A program made the position numbers and the translations under genes. A stretch of DNA of 64,000 nucleotides, taken from assembly GCF_963921235.1 (NCBI RefSeq), contig NC_086097.1, positions 204,478,001 through 204,542,000 on the forward strand, given 5' to 3'. Each line of letters opens with the position of its first letter. The first letter of the stretch is position 1. Below, piece by piece: positions 1 to 11,392 of the stretch. The stretch is from Mobula hypostoma (lineage: Eukaryota). The notes beneath the pieces were generated by a model that did no database searches, was not told the DNA's origin, and was given only the letters and a program-made list of their open reading frames with translations.

Positions 1-703
1 CAAAATGATAGGAGAAGACAGGAGGGGGAGGGATGGAGCCAAGAGCTGGACACGTGATTGGCAAAAGGGATATGAGAGGATCATGGGACAGGAGGCCCAG
101 GGAGAAGGAAAAGGGGGAGGGGGAAAGGCTTCATCTTTACAGTAGAGGAGGCCGTGGATGGACATATCAGAATGGGAATGGGATGTGGAATTAAAATGTG
201 TGGCCACTGGGAGATGAAGCCCACACTCAGGTTGGAGGAACAACACCTTATATTCCGTCTAGGTAGCCTCCAACCTGATGGCATGAACATTGACTTCTCT
301 AACTTCCGCTAATGCCCCACCTCCCCCTTGTACCCCATCTGTTATTTATTTATTTACACACATTCTTTCTCTCACTCTCCTTTTTCTGCCTCTGTCCTTC
401 TGACTATACCCCTTGCCCATTCTCTGGGTTTTTCCCCCTCCCCCTTTTCCTTCTCTCTCGGCCTCCTGTCCCATGATCCTCTCATATCCCTTTTGCCAAT
501 CAACTGTCGAGCTCTTGGCTCCATCCCTCCCCCTCCTGTCTTCTCCTATCATTTTGGATCTCCCCCTCCCCCTCCAACTTTCAAATCCCTTACTCACTCT
601 TCCTTCAGTTAGTCCTGACGAAGGGTCTCGGCCCGAAACTTCGACTGTACCTCTTCCTAGAGATGCTGCCTGGCCTGCTGCGTTCACCAGCAACTTTGAT
701 GTG
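1..703. mobile_element. Young Penelope-like element 3' end/pLTR, inverted insertion (minus arm 1-~212, plus arm ~213-703); left end lies outside the window
   Basis: Plus arm encodes the GIY-YIG C-terminus (..TLRLEEQHLIFRLGSLQPDGMNIDFSNFR*), then a pyrimidine-rich 3' UTR and hammerhead. Bases 1-212 are the reverse complement of the same family, also seen at 24558, 32494 and 42534. Confidence 0.85.
610..647 (+). ncRNA. Minimal type I hammerhead ribozyme (PLE pLTR), stem III variant GAAACUUC
   Basis: TAGTC-CTGACGA-A-GGG-TCTCGG-CCC-GAAA-CTTC-GACTG: stem I UAGUC/GACUG, core CUGACGA and GAAA, stem II GGG/CCC. Confidence 0.75.
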
Positions 704-3684
704 AGGTACCTTACCGGTTCTGTCAGGTTGTTGGTGTGAACCATCTGACAAAAAGATTGCCATGTCATAAAACTCCCATTGGGAAATGTTAATATTAGGG
801 AAGCGGCAGGAAATGCTGTTTGGTTCTGTGACGTGCAAAGTTCACACAGTGCTTTCATGCATTTGCCTGTGTGCTCCGTAGTGGCCTGTTCTGACACCGC
901 TTTCCAACTTCATCGTTCCTTCCAGTTCTTTGACTGCCTCTCTTGGTCTATGCAATAGCTGCAGCAGCCTCCTGGTGTAGGGTGAGTGCCCCTAGTTCAG
1001 TCTCTAATTTTGACTCATCTAATTGCTGTTCTACTTTTTCCATCATAAGATTAATTTCTAGACAACATAACATTAACTTACAAGCAATGTGACCCCTTGA
1101 CCCACAGTGTGGTGCTGATCCAAAGTTTCTTTGGCTATGCATACTGTATTCAGTTGCACGAAGAAATTGATACATTCAGATATTATCTTGCAAGCTCTCA
1201 TTTCACTTTTCCTCAAAGTAACCAATTTTAGCCAAGGATTAGGTGTGTTTCAGGCAATCTACTGCCTTGGTCAGCCAACCTCCTCCACACTAACCCCACG
1301 ATCCCAAGCCTCTGACCTACAATCTTCTCCTGTCACCCCAACCTCCTGATTGGTGGTCCAACTTCCCCATGCACCCAAAGACTTCTGTCAATGCCTGAAC
1401 TTACATGGAAGTCAAAGGTCATAATGCTTCCTCTTTTACCACACAATTTTATCCTAACAGATGGCTTGCCTGTCTATCTATCCGGATAGTTACGAAGCAA
1501 GAAATTGGGCAGTGATATTTGCAATTCTACTGTTAAAGATAACACCTTCACATTGCTTGGATTTTCTCTTAACTGGTCTACATCTCTACTCCTGATGAAT
1601 TTGGAATCACAAAGGGTGCTTGATAGTTGGCATGACTTAATGGGCCAAAGGGCTTGTTTCTGTGTATTATGACTACAATAGTCACGTGTACAAAAAAAAA
1701 TTGTTTTGTATAGTGCTTTGTCTCATGGTTCTTCAACAAGTTTAAAATGTATTATTAAGGGTGTGTGGCAAAGGTTACACAACTGATTCCTGGAATGGCA
1801 GGATATCTATTTGGTCTACTGCATTCACTGGAGTTTAGGTAATTTTTTTTTATTTCTACGTAACATGATTTCTGTACCTAGTAGCATGTGAATATTTAAA
1901 GTATTTTTTTGACATTCCTGTTAATTATGCTAATAGGCACTATTGGTTTATTTTGTAAGTTTTTTATATTGAACTACTTGTAGCCAACTTTATAAGACTA
2001 ATTTAAAATACCTGCACTTTTGAAGAATGAACATTTTTGTCTTTAAAGTCAAGTTGCTGAAAACTATACCAAATTAACTGAAAAATAAAACTGTTGCTAT
2101 GGTAAGCAAGTTCTATTTAAAAGTAAACCTTGCAGTTTGAAGGCATCCTCTCAATAATTTTCAAATCCGAAGTTGTTTTTTTTTATACATGTCATTGGAA
2201 ACTATTTTATAAACGTGTTGAATAGCCTCTTATATCTCCAGTTTACAGTATATTAAAAAACAACTTTGTCTCACTGCATGTTCAGCTTAATTCCTGATGC
2301 CAAGCGTTATCAGGCCTATAATCAGGGCTGGTTTTGAGTTGACAGCTTTTTAACAGGCTTTGTTTCATTTTGCTAGCTGTTCAGTTGCCATATATATTTT
2401 AAAGTGTCACAAGAGAACACACCATCTGCTAACTTTGGAACTAGATACAATAATCTGCAGATAAAAGTTTGGGTCAAAATCAAAGGTCACAATTAATGCC
2501 AAAAAAAAGCACTGAAATAAGCTAAGGAATCTAGAAGACTATTTAAGATACAGTAGGAGGAGGAGAAGAGAAGACATTCTTGCACTGCTTTGTAAATGAG
2601 AGCTTTTCTTCTGCTGTTCTGCCTTTGAATTTTTTGCATTTAGGATATTTTGGGTACAGAAGATATATAGTACAAATTCTCCTATTATTCTCTCTCACTT
2701 TGCGTAGGGTTTAGTAAGCTAAATTTTTCATTTGAGGCTGTTCCTAGAGTACTGTATGCAGTTATTTAAAATGGGATATATTAATAATCCCCAATGACCA
2801 GATGACCAGACTAACTGATAAGTGGGTTGCCTTGTCACAAATGGCTAAAACCATAGTCCTGTATCCTTTGTGGTCTAGAAGAACAAAGAGTGATGTCAAT
2901 GAAACATGCAAGATCCTAAGGGGTTATGACAGGGTTGACTTGATGCCAAGGAAGATAAGACTATGAATATTCATTAAAACAACATGCAAGGTAGTATGCA
3001 TAGCCCATTTACAATCGTATTTTAGATGGTTGCAAATTAGTTTTCATGAACTGTATGTATGCAATGGAGCGACAGCATTTTGAGAATTTATTTTCTGTTG
3101 CAGTGACATTCACATTTTAGAGTAGATATGTACGATTTCACTGATGGGGGTGAAATTTAGATTTTTCAATATTGTCTTAGTCCAAGAGGCAGAAGGATGA
3201 AATGCTTTTGGTTTCTTTTCTTTTGTTTTAATCTACCTTATTTACGATAAATTATCTGAGAGTTTATTTGCAACTGAACAACACACAAGGAATGTAGAAA
3301 ACTGAATGTATAATGCATCTGTTTTCTGAGAACAAATTGGATTGAATTTACATAAAGTGACAACCCAGCATTTAGGTTTGTTTTCAGGTCCTTTCTCTCG
3401 TGTTCTAATTCTTATATAGAATTCTGCATTTTGTCTCATATACATATGTACATATATTTTTAGACTAATTATGTTACTCAAAAGAATTCACTGATGTATT
3501 GGCATATACAAAACAGAGTTGGAATAGAATAATTATTCTCTGTGATGTTCTTACACAGCCACAAAATAACACATAATTCAAATTTTATCCTGATAAGCCA
3601 ATCACTGAAATAGGCAAAATGCTATCAATTCTTTTCTTTTGAAATGTATGCACAATCCTGTATTCATTGTGTCAACTGTTTCTA

Positions 3685-5550
3685 GGGATCCTCTGGACTC
3701 CAGATCCAGCAACCGTAACTTGGCCTAGGTGGCTCAGCCAAGGGAGAGGCAGGCACAGTGCGAGAGGAAGCAGAGATGTGGTAAGAGAGCCAGGGCACTA
3801 GCTTGACTGAGAGCTAACTTGACCAGGCCGGCGGTATCACCACTTTTCCTGGCTAATGTACACTCACTGGAAAATAAAATGGACTCACTGAGACTGAGAA
3901 TGAATGCTCAGACAGAAATGAGAAACTGCTGCATTCTGCTTTTCACTGAAATGTGGCTAAACAACAACATGCCCAACTCGACGTTTCAGTTCGACGGGAT
4001 GACTCTGTTCTGCACAGGGAGAAACTTCCTGTCAGGGAGATCCAAAGGAGGTGAAATCTTTGTGTGCATTAACAAAGGCTGGTGCACTAACTTATCTGTA
4101 GTTAGCCATCACTGTTCTGTGGCAATTGAACATCTTACAATTAATTGCCGGCCACATTACTTGTTCAGGGAGTTTACTGTTGTGTTCATCACTGCTGTCT
4201 ACATCCTTCTAAACACAAATGTCAAGGATGCACTGGGAGAGCTTTACAGTCATCAGCTCTCGAAGAAGCAAGCATCAAGGTAGCCTCTTCATTATTGCAG
4301 AAGACTTCAGTCACGTTAACCAGCATGACATTTTACCCAAATTCCACCAGCATGTCTCCATGGTCACTATGGGAACAAACAGACTTGACCATGTTTCTAC
4401 AAACAGATACAATACTTACAAACTCTCACCTTGGCTTCTCTGACCACATCGCCTCTTATTCCAGCATACCGACCACTGCGGAAACTGGAGAAACCAGTCA
4501 AGAGGACCATCACTGTATGGCCTAAGGAGCAATGTCCGATCTCCAAGTCTGGTTAGAAGGGACTAACTAGCAGATATTCAACAAAGCTGCCACAAACTGA
4601 GAAGACGCAGACCCAACCAGAAGACATGGTGGAACGCTGAGATGCACTTCCTACTAGAAGTCCAGGGTGCTACCTTTAAGTCTGGTGACAGACAGCTGTC
4701 AGAGCTGCCAGGAGAAACCTCATCTTAGACAGCAAGAGGGCAATGACTATCTATTCTCAAAAGATTTAGGAGTACTGGTCTGATAACAATCCCCAGCATA
4801 CAGTATGTGGCTGGGCATCAAGGGCATTACTGACCAGTGATGTCTCCTTCCCTAAGCAACTTTAATGCAAGCATTAAGGCATGCAATGCAATGCTGGACA
4901 TGAAAGCTAGCCCCCTCCCAGGTGAGCAGCCACTGTCTGAAACAGCAGCAGGCGTGAGAGGGACTCTGCAGACAGTTAACCCCTGAAAGGCTGCCAGTGC
5001 AGACAACACCCCAGCCTGTGTAATCAGGGAGCATGCACACCAACTCAATGATGTCTTCGCAGATACCTTCAGGACATCACTCATCCAGGCTGCTGTTTCT
5101 ACATGCTTCATATCAGCCAAACCATCCCTGTGCCAAAGAACTCTACACCTTCAGAACTAAATGACTACACTCGGTGGCAAAGACACCAATCATCATGAAG
5201 TCCTTTGAACGGCTGGTAATGGCACATATCAACAACTCTATTCCTGCCACATTGGACACTAACCAATGTGCTAACCCAACCCTCCACACCCCTAACCAGC
5301 ATTACTTTATCACTTCCTGTCAGTCACCTTATGTACAAAGACTCTTATGCCTAGAAACACTTTATGGACATGCAATTAATCTGTGTATATAAGCTTTCTT
5401 ATGTATTTATATTTATTGTGATTTTTATTGTTATGCAACTGACTGTTCTTTATCCTATTGGTGCATCAGATCCTGAGTAATGATTATTCAGTTCTCCTTT
5501 GCACTTGTGTGCTGGAATTGACATTAAACAATTTTGATTCTTGAGTCTTG
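3685..5550 (+). mobile_element. Decayed Rex1/Babar-type LINE (APE endonuclease, partial RT, 3' tail)
   Basis: ORF 3819-4283 LFLANVHSLENKMDSLRL..ILLFTEMWL..GGEIFVCINKGW..INCRPHYL; 5174 KTPIIMKSFERLVMAHI; many frameshifts; (TCTTGA)-like tail at ~5535-5550. Confidence 0.8.
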
Positions 5551-6195
5551 TAAAAGTCCTTTGTTCTGTTCCAGTATCCAGAGCCTGCAGCATTATATTG
5601 TACATCAATCAATATTTTAGTCATGTGCTTATATCTGAAAGCAATTCCACCTGGAAATTAATGAACTGTAAAGAAGTTCATTATATCAAAATGCTGTGAA
5701 AAAGGATCTCAAAATATTCATGTAATGATATGCATTAAAGGGTATTCGTCCAGCTAGAAGTACTATTAAATTATAGACAGTTCCATATTTCAATGTATCA
5801 AGTACATTTGATATTAGTACATATGTTTGCTGACTGTGATTTACCTGCATCAGGACACTGAATTCCTTTCCTAGCCCAAAGTGGAGCATGAAGTAGATTT
5901 TGACCAGTGCTCCAGCACTGAAGTTTTGCACTTGACTGAGAGTTAGCCTGTCTCACTTGAACATGTAAGATCCAAAAGCATTATTCCAACAAGGACCAAG
6001 AGTTGACTATAGTCTCCCAGCCAATAACTATCTCTCAAACAACACCACGAAGACACAATGTTGAAACCTGCTGCATGTAAACTGGAGTCTTTTATTGACA
6101 TTTCAGTGATGGCTATCACTTTTGGCTATAAGGCACCATAAATATTCTGAAATATGCTTGGACTTCCCTGGATATTTTTTCCTCTCTGTATGATG

Positions 6196-7770
6196 CATTT
6201 CCTCCACCTAGCGGAACTGTTCCTCAGTCGATAATTTCTCCTTTGGCTCTCCCACTTCCTTCAGACAAAAGGTGTAGCCATGGGCTCTGGCGTGGGGCCC
6301 AGCTATGCCTGCATTTTTGTCGGCTACATGGAACAGTCCATGTTCCAAGGTGGCTGTCCCCCACTTTTCCTATGCTACATCAACGACTGCATTGGTACTG
6401 CTTCCTGCATCCATGTAGAAGTCATCTACTTCATCCACTTTGCCTCCAGCTTCCACCCTGCCCTCAAATTTACCTGGTCCATTTCCGACATCTCCATACC
6501 CTTCCTCAATCTCACTGCCTCTATCCCTGGATACAGCTTATCTACAGATGTCTATTATAAACCCGTGGACTCTCACAGCTACACTTCTTCCCACCCTGTA
6601 ACTTGTAAAAACGCCAACACCTTTCCTCAATTCCTCCGTCTCCGCCACATCTGTTCTCAGGATGACACTTTTCGTTATAGAATGAAGGAGATGTCCTCCT
6701 TCCTCCACCATCAATGCTGCCCTCAACGGTATCTCTTCCATTTCACGCAAGTCTGCTCTTACCCCATCCTCCTGCCACCCTACCAGAGACAGGGCTCCTC
6801 TTGTCCTCACCTACCACCCCACTAGCCTTCGCATCCAGTACGTAATTCTCCGAAACTTCCACCATCTCCAATGGGATGCCACCACCAAGTATGTCTTTCC
6901 CTCCCCTCCACTTTCTGCTTTCCACAGGGATCGCTCCGTATGCGACTCCCTTGTCCATTCGTCCCACACCACTGATTTCCCTCCTAGCACTTATCCTTGC
7001 AAGCAGAACAAGTGCTACACCTGCCATTACACCTCCTTCCTCACTACCATTCAAAGCCCCAAACAGTCTTTCCAGGTGAGACGATACTTTACCCGTGAGT
7101 CTGTTGGATACTGTGTTGCTAGTGTGACCTCCTGCATATCAGTGAGACCCATAGATTGGGTGACCATTTTGTCAAGTACCCATGCTCCATCCGCCAGAAG
7201 AAGTGGCGTCTCCCAGTGGCCACCCATTTTAATTCCACTTTCCATCCCCATTCCAATATGTCAATTCATGGCCTCCTCTACTGTCGTGATGAGGCCACAC
7301 TCAGGTTGGAGGAACAACACTTTATATTCCGTCTGGGTAGCCTCTAACCTGATGGCATGAATATCGATTTCTCAAACTTCTGGTAATTGCCTCCCACACC
7401 TCTCCTTCATCATTCCACATCCCCTTTTCCTTCTCTCACCTTATCTCCTTGCCTACCATTGCCGCCCTCTGGTGCTTCTCCTACCTTTTCTTTCTTCCAT
7501 GGCCTTCTATCCCCACCTATCAGACTCCCCCTTCTCCAGTCCTATATCTCTTTCACCAATGAACTTCCCAGCTCTTTACTTCATCCCTCCCCTTCCCCGT
7601 TTCACCTATCACTTTGTGTTTCTCACTCCCCTCCCCCACTCTTTAAATCTACTTCTCATCTTTTTCTCTCCAGTCCTGCCAAAGGGTCTCGGTCAAGAAA
7701 CATCAACTGTACTTTTTTCCATAGGTGCTGCCTGGCCTGCTGAGTTCCTCCAGCATTTTGTGTGAGTTAC
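6196..7770 (+). mobile_element. Decayed Neptune-type Penelope-like element (RT, Cys linker, GIY-YIG, pLTR)
   Basis: QTKGVAMGSGVGPSYACIFVGYMEQ..YINDCIG RT motifs; YPCKQNKCYTC linker; HFNSTFH..EATLRLEEQHFIFRLGSL endonuclease end; decayed hammerhead at ~7671-7710. Confidence 0.85.
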
Positions 7771-8094
7771 TTCCTTTAGGTGCTCAATTTAGATTGCTCT
7801 AAATTAATGATAGTCGAAAAACTGGGATGTGAGAAGAGCAGAGACACTTGTGACACTTGTGGGCTGCCCCCAGCACATATTAAAACTCTGATGGTGGTTG
7901 ACATAAATGCCATATGTTTCAGTATATTTGTGTGACAAATAAAGATATTCTTTAATCTTTAATCTCTTGGTGAGAAACAGATGCAGTACATCCAAGTTTC
8001 TTTTCTTTCATCGTCTGTCACTTGTCAGCTGCACCTTTCCTTATTCCCTGTCACACTCTGTTGAGCCATTACGCACGCGAGATCATTACCCACA

Positions 8095-9167
8095 CGTCAT
8101 CCATGTCAGTGCGGGAAGGAGATCAGCTCCTCGAGCTTGCAAATGACGGTGGGCTGAAAAGTATGTTTGACATAACATCTCTGTCGGCATTCTGGATCAA
8201 AGTCAAGGGTAAATATCCTGAGATAGCCACAAAAGCACTGAAAACGTTGCTTCCATTTCCAACATTTTTCCGTGAAGCGGAGTTTTCTGCAATGAATGCA
8301 ACGGAAACTAAACTGCGGAATAGACTGGACATAAGGAACCCCCTTCAAGTATCGCTGTCTCCCATCACCCCTCGATAGGACCGTCTTGTTGCAGGAAAAC
8401 GAGCCCAGGGCTCCCACTGATTCAGCGATGTTGGTGTGTTACAATGATTTTATATGTTCACACGGGAAAAGTATGTGCTGTGTGTTTAATATCCAAACGT
8501 TACTTAAAATGTTATGATGCTATTGACTTACTTATATAACCATATAACAATTACAGGACGGAAACAGGCCATGTCAGCCCTTCTAGTCCATGACGAACGC
8601 TACTCTCACCTAATCCCACCGACCTGCACTCAGCCCACAACCCTCCACTCCTTTCCTGTCCAATTCTTCCTATCCTATTTTTCTTTAAATGATAATATCG
8701 AACCTGCTTCTGCCACTTCTACTGGAAGTTTGTTCAACACTTACTTCAAGCTCCCCTGTCCTCCCCTGATAATTGACATCACTATATTCATGTGAGGAAA
8801 ATATGCGCTGTGTGTTTAATATTAAATTCGCTAGATAAACCCTTTTAGAAACGAAATTAAGTGTATTAACCACTTATCACTGATATTCCGGTTGTGATTA
8901 ACACCGCCCACCGAACAGAATCGCCAAAAACCATTTGCAGGAAAAAAAATCGGCATGTACACACATGCGCAGGTCATGCATGCGCACTGGTGCCCGCGCA
9001 AGGCTTCATGGTCATTGTAGTCTTTCTCTGGGTAAACACAATGTATTTCGCTGCTACTCTTGTCCATTGGCAACCCAAACCCCCACCCCACCCCCGGTTG
9101 GCCGGTCCGCAAGAATATTGTCAATATTAAACCGGTCCGCGGTGCAAAAAAGGTTGGGGACCCCGCT
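8095..9167 (+). mobile_element. hAT (Buster/Charlie-like) DNA transposon, 3' fragment
   Basis: hATC dimerisation domain FWIKVKGKYPEIATKALKTLLPFPT..EAEFSAM..KLRNRLDI..LQVSLSPITPR; right terminus AAAAAAGGTTGGGGACCCC at ~9146-9164 resembles a Charlie-type TIR. Confidence 0.85.
8534..8738 (-). mobile_element. CR1/HER1 LINE 3' tail inserted inside the hAT
   Basis: Similar to the CR1 3' ends at ~50030-50220 and ~51705-51910; flanked by 8-bp direct repeat ACTTACTT (8526-8533, 8739-8746). Confidence 0.7.
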
Positions 9168-9399
9168 TTAGCAGTGCATCCCATATTGACCTATCTGTCC
9201 CCTGCCTTCTCCAATACTATGTGCACGTGTATATATACACTGGCAAATCTGACCTGCAGATTCCTGAATTGCAACGTCCACTTAGTCCTTTTGCCCCCAC
9301 AGATGCTGCTTGATCTACTGAGTTCTTCCATCAACTTGCTTTTGTGCTGGTGAGTTCACCGCAAACGGAATGCTGTTGCACTGTCTTTTGGTACATCTC

Positions 9400-9720
9400 C
9401 AATATCAGTTTTGTCTCTCAATAGGCCTCTAATGTTTTAAGTGCTGCCTCGATGATGGGGTTGGCCTCTTTTCTTATCATGTGCTCAATCTATCTCCAAT
9501 GTTTCCTCAGGATGATTGTGGTCATGTCCTCTTGACGGCACTGAAGGAGTAGGTTGGAGATATTTCTTGGCCAGAAAATACAGAGGATCTTCTGAAGGTT
9601 CACAGTGTGGAGTGACGACAGCTTGGCAAGGTCACTTTCTGTCATGTGCCATCATTTCGACCCATTTAAAAGTGTAGACAGAACACAGCTTTGGTACAGC
9701 TTCACCTTCGTTGAGTGGTC
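9400..9720 (-). mobile_element. Old RTE-clade LINE 3' fragment
   Basis: Minus-strand translation TKVKLYQSCVLSTLLNGSK*W..LAKLSSLHTVNLQKILCIFWPRNISN..RKHWR*IEHMIRK, typical of the RTE post-RT region. Confidence 0.65.
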
Positions 9721-10789
9721 TAAATAAAGAATATTCCTGCATTACATTTGTAAAGCAGTGCTCTGTATCATGCAGTTAAAACTAGGTGCTTGATATTGTT
9801 TATCACCTAAACTGTAGTGCTGATTATACAGTATTCATTAAATTGCGCACCTCTGTTATTACCTAAGAACATATGGGCAGCACAGTGGGAGATTACTCCT
9901 GCTTTTTTAAAATTTTGCTAAGATTTAGCAGAGCTGCGGAAAGGATTCAGTGAATTTGTGGCTTTCAGTCATATCAATGACAGCAGCCATTGATTCTAAA
10001 GTGATCATGATAGGATGCAGTAGTCTTAGTAAATCCAAAGTCACTTGTCTTGGTCTCTTTTTTTAAGAGGAGTCACTCAATTGGGATTGGCCAGTTGAAG
10101 TGCTACTGAAGCTGGAGCTGAGTACACGCGTGAGCGGCTCAGTAGTTCATGTCAGGAGGGAGTGGAGTTCTGTCAGGTGACCAACCAGACTCAGCAGTGC
10201 AAAATCTGTGATTTAAACTGAAGGAAGTCACCCATCCCTCTATAAGAGGATGGACCAAATCGAACAGAGGCAATTTCTTACTTTTTATTGTTGGCATTCA
10301 CAGCAGTTCTAAATTTGAAGAAAATAAAGGGATGAATTCACACCCCTTTTTTTTCCAATTCCCGGCTTTGCGAAAGATAGCCACAGCAAGAATAACATTT
10401 TTGCGATTATCAGTGAGATTAGATTCCTGCTCTGTGCTCAGGTCACATGTTTCATGTATTATTCCTTATTAAAGGTCTCAATTAAGTGATTATTACGAGT
10501 TTGATCTTATTAGTGCGGCCCAAGGCAACCATTCTAATTCATGAAACAATTTATAATTGCTTTACTAACTGTGAGTATAAATTGCAAAGTCAGGCACTGC
10601 ACACTGACATTACACATTCTGGAGAAGCTGTGCTGGTGATTTGTACACCTTGCTATAACGGGGAATACACACCTCAGAATCAACTGCATCCAGCACTATG
10701 TAGGTGTGTTGGCGCTTGTTAATTTACGCATACAGTATTAAAGAGATGAAACATGTAGCTCAGTGCTGACTGACTATTTAATTATTTTT

Positions 10790-11392
10790 AAATTTATTAA
10801 TTAACATACAGTGCAGAGCAGGCCTTTCTGGCCATTTGAGCTACACTGCCCAGTAATCCCTCAATCTAACCCCAGCCTAATCACAGGCAAATTTATTTTT
10901 ATTTTTATTTCTTTTTAGCACGTGCGTGTGTGCGCATCTGAGTGCGTGTGTCATGTGCGGTGTTGGCCAGATGATGTCTTTTTCATGCCTTTACAAGGCA
11001 CGGAGCAAGACAGAGAGAGACTGTGTGGCGCGCCACTCCTCACACAGTATTTTTCCCTTTATTTTACGAGGTCGAGTTGCAATCTCGACACTCAACCCGG
11101 CACAGATGGAAAGCGTACTCGAGAGTGGACCCGGCTGGGTTTGAACCCCGGAAACTCCGTTTCAGAGTCCGGCGCTGATGTCATTGCGCCACCAGCCTCT
11201 GGACACCCACAGGCAAATTTATAATCACTAATTAACCTACCAAATGGTACATCTTTAGGACTGAGGGAGGAAACTGGAACACCCAGAGGAAACCCAAACA
11301 ATCACGGGGAGAATGTACAAACTCCTTACAATCAGTGGTGGGAATTGAATCTGGGTTTCCTGACTCTAAAGCATTGCGCTACTGTGTCACCC
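10790..11392 (-). mobile_element. V-SINE/HE1-like tRNA-derived SINE, split by a younger SINE
   Basis: V-domain-like core (reverse complement GGAGTTTGTACATTCTCCCCGTG..GGGTTTCCTCTGGGTGTTCCAGTTTCCTCCC); homologous copies at 15600 and 27430. Confidence 0.7.
10897..11207 (-). mobile_element. Young tRNA-derived SINE (~310 bp) with A-rich tail and 15-bp TSD
   Basis: Minus-strand head has A box TGGCGCAATG and B box GGTTCAAACC; TSD CACAGGCAAATTTAT at 10882-10896 and 11208-11222. Confidence 0.85.

Noticed and set aside
346..897. 183-aa minus ORF and similar ORFs over pLTRs (24638, 26459, 32410, 42743, 42781)
   Set aside because: Chance open frames across the purine/pyrimidine-skewed PLE repeat; they run through TE junctions.
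705..1060. Possible minus-strand exon (GTAAG donor at ~714, EINLMMEKVEQQLDE..)
   Set aside because: All three frames have stops between the acceptor and donor, and the peptides are not recognisable.
6196..7770. Selenocysteine (UGA) recoding as in some PLE clades
   Set aside because: The breaks are mostly frameshifts and deletions, I saw no UGA aligned to conserved Cys, and no SECIS could be supported.
10060..10260. Promoter-like patch (two ATTGG, CACGCGTG)
   Set aside because: Short motifs with no CpG island or linked exon; not supportable.
11125..11200. tRNA gene
   Set aside because: It is the head of a TSD-flanked SINE and has no convincing acceptor or anticodon stems.
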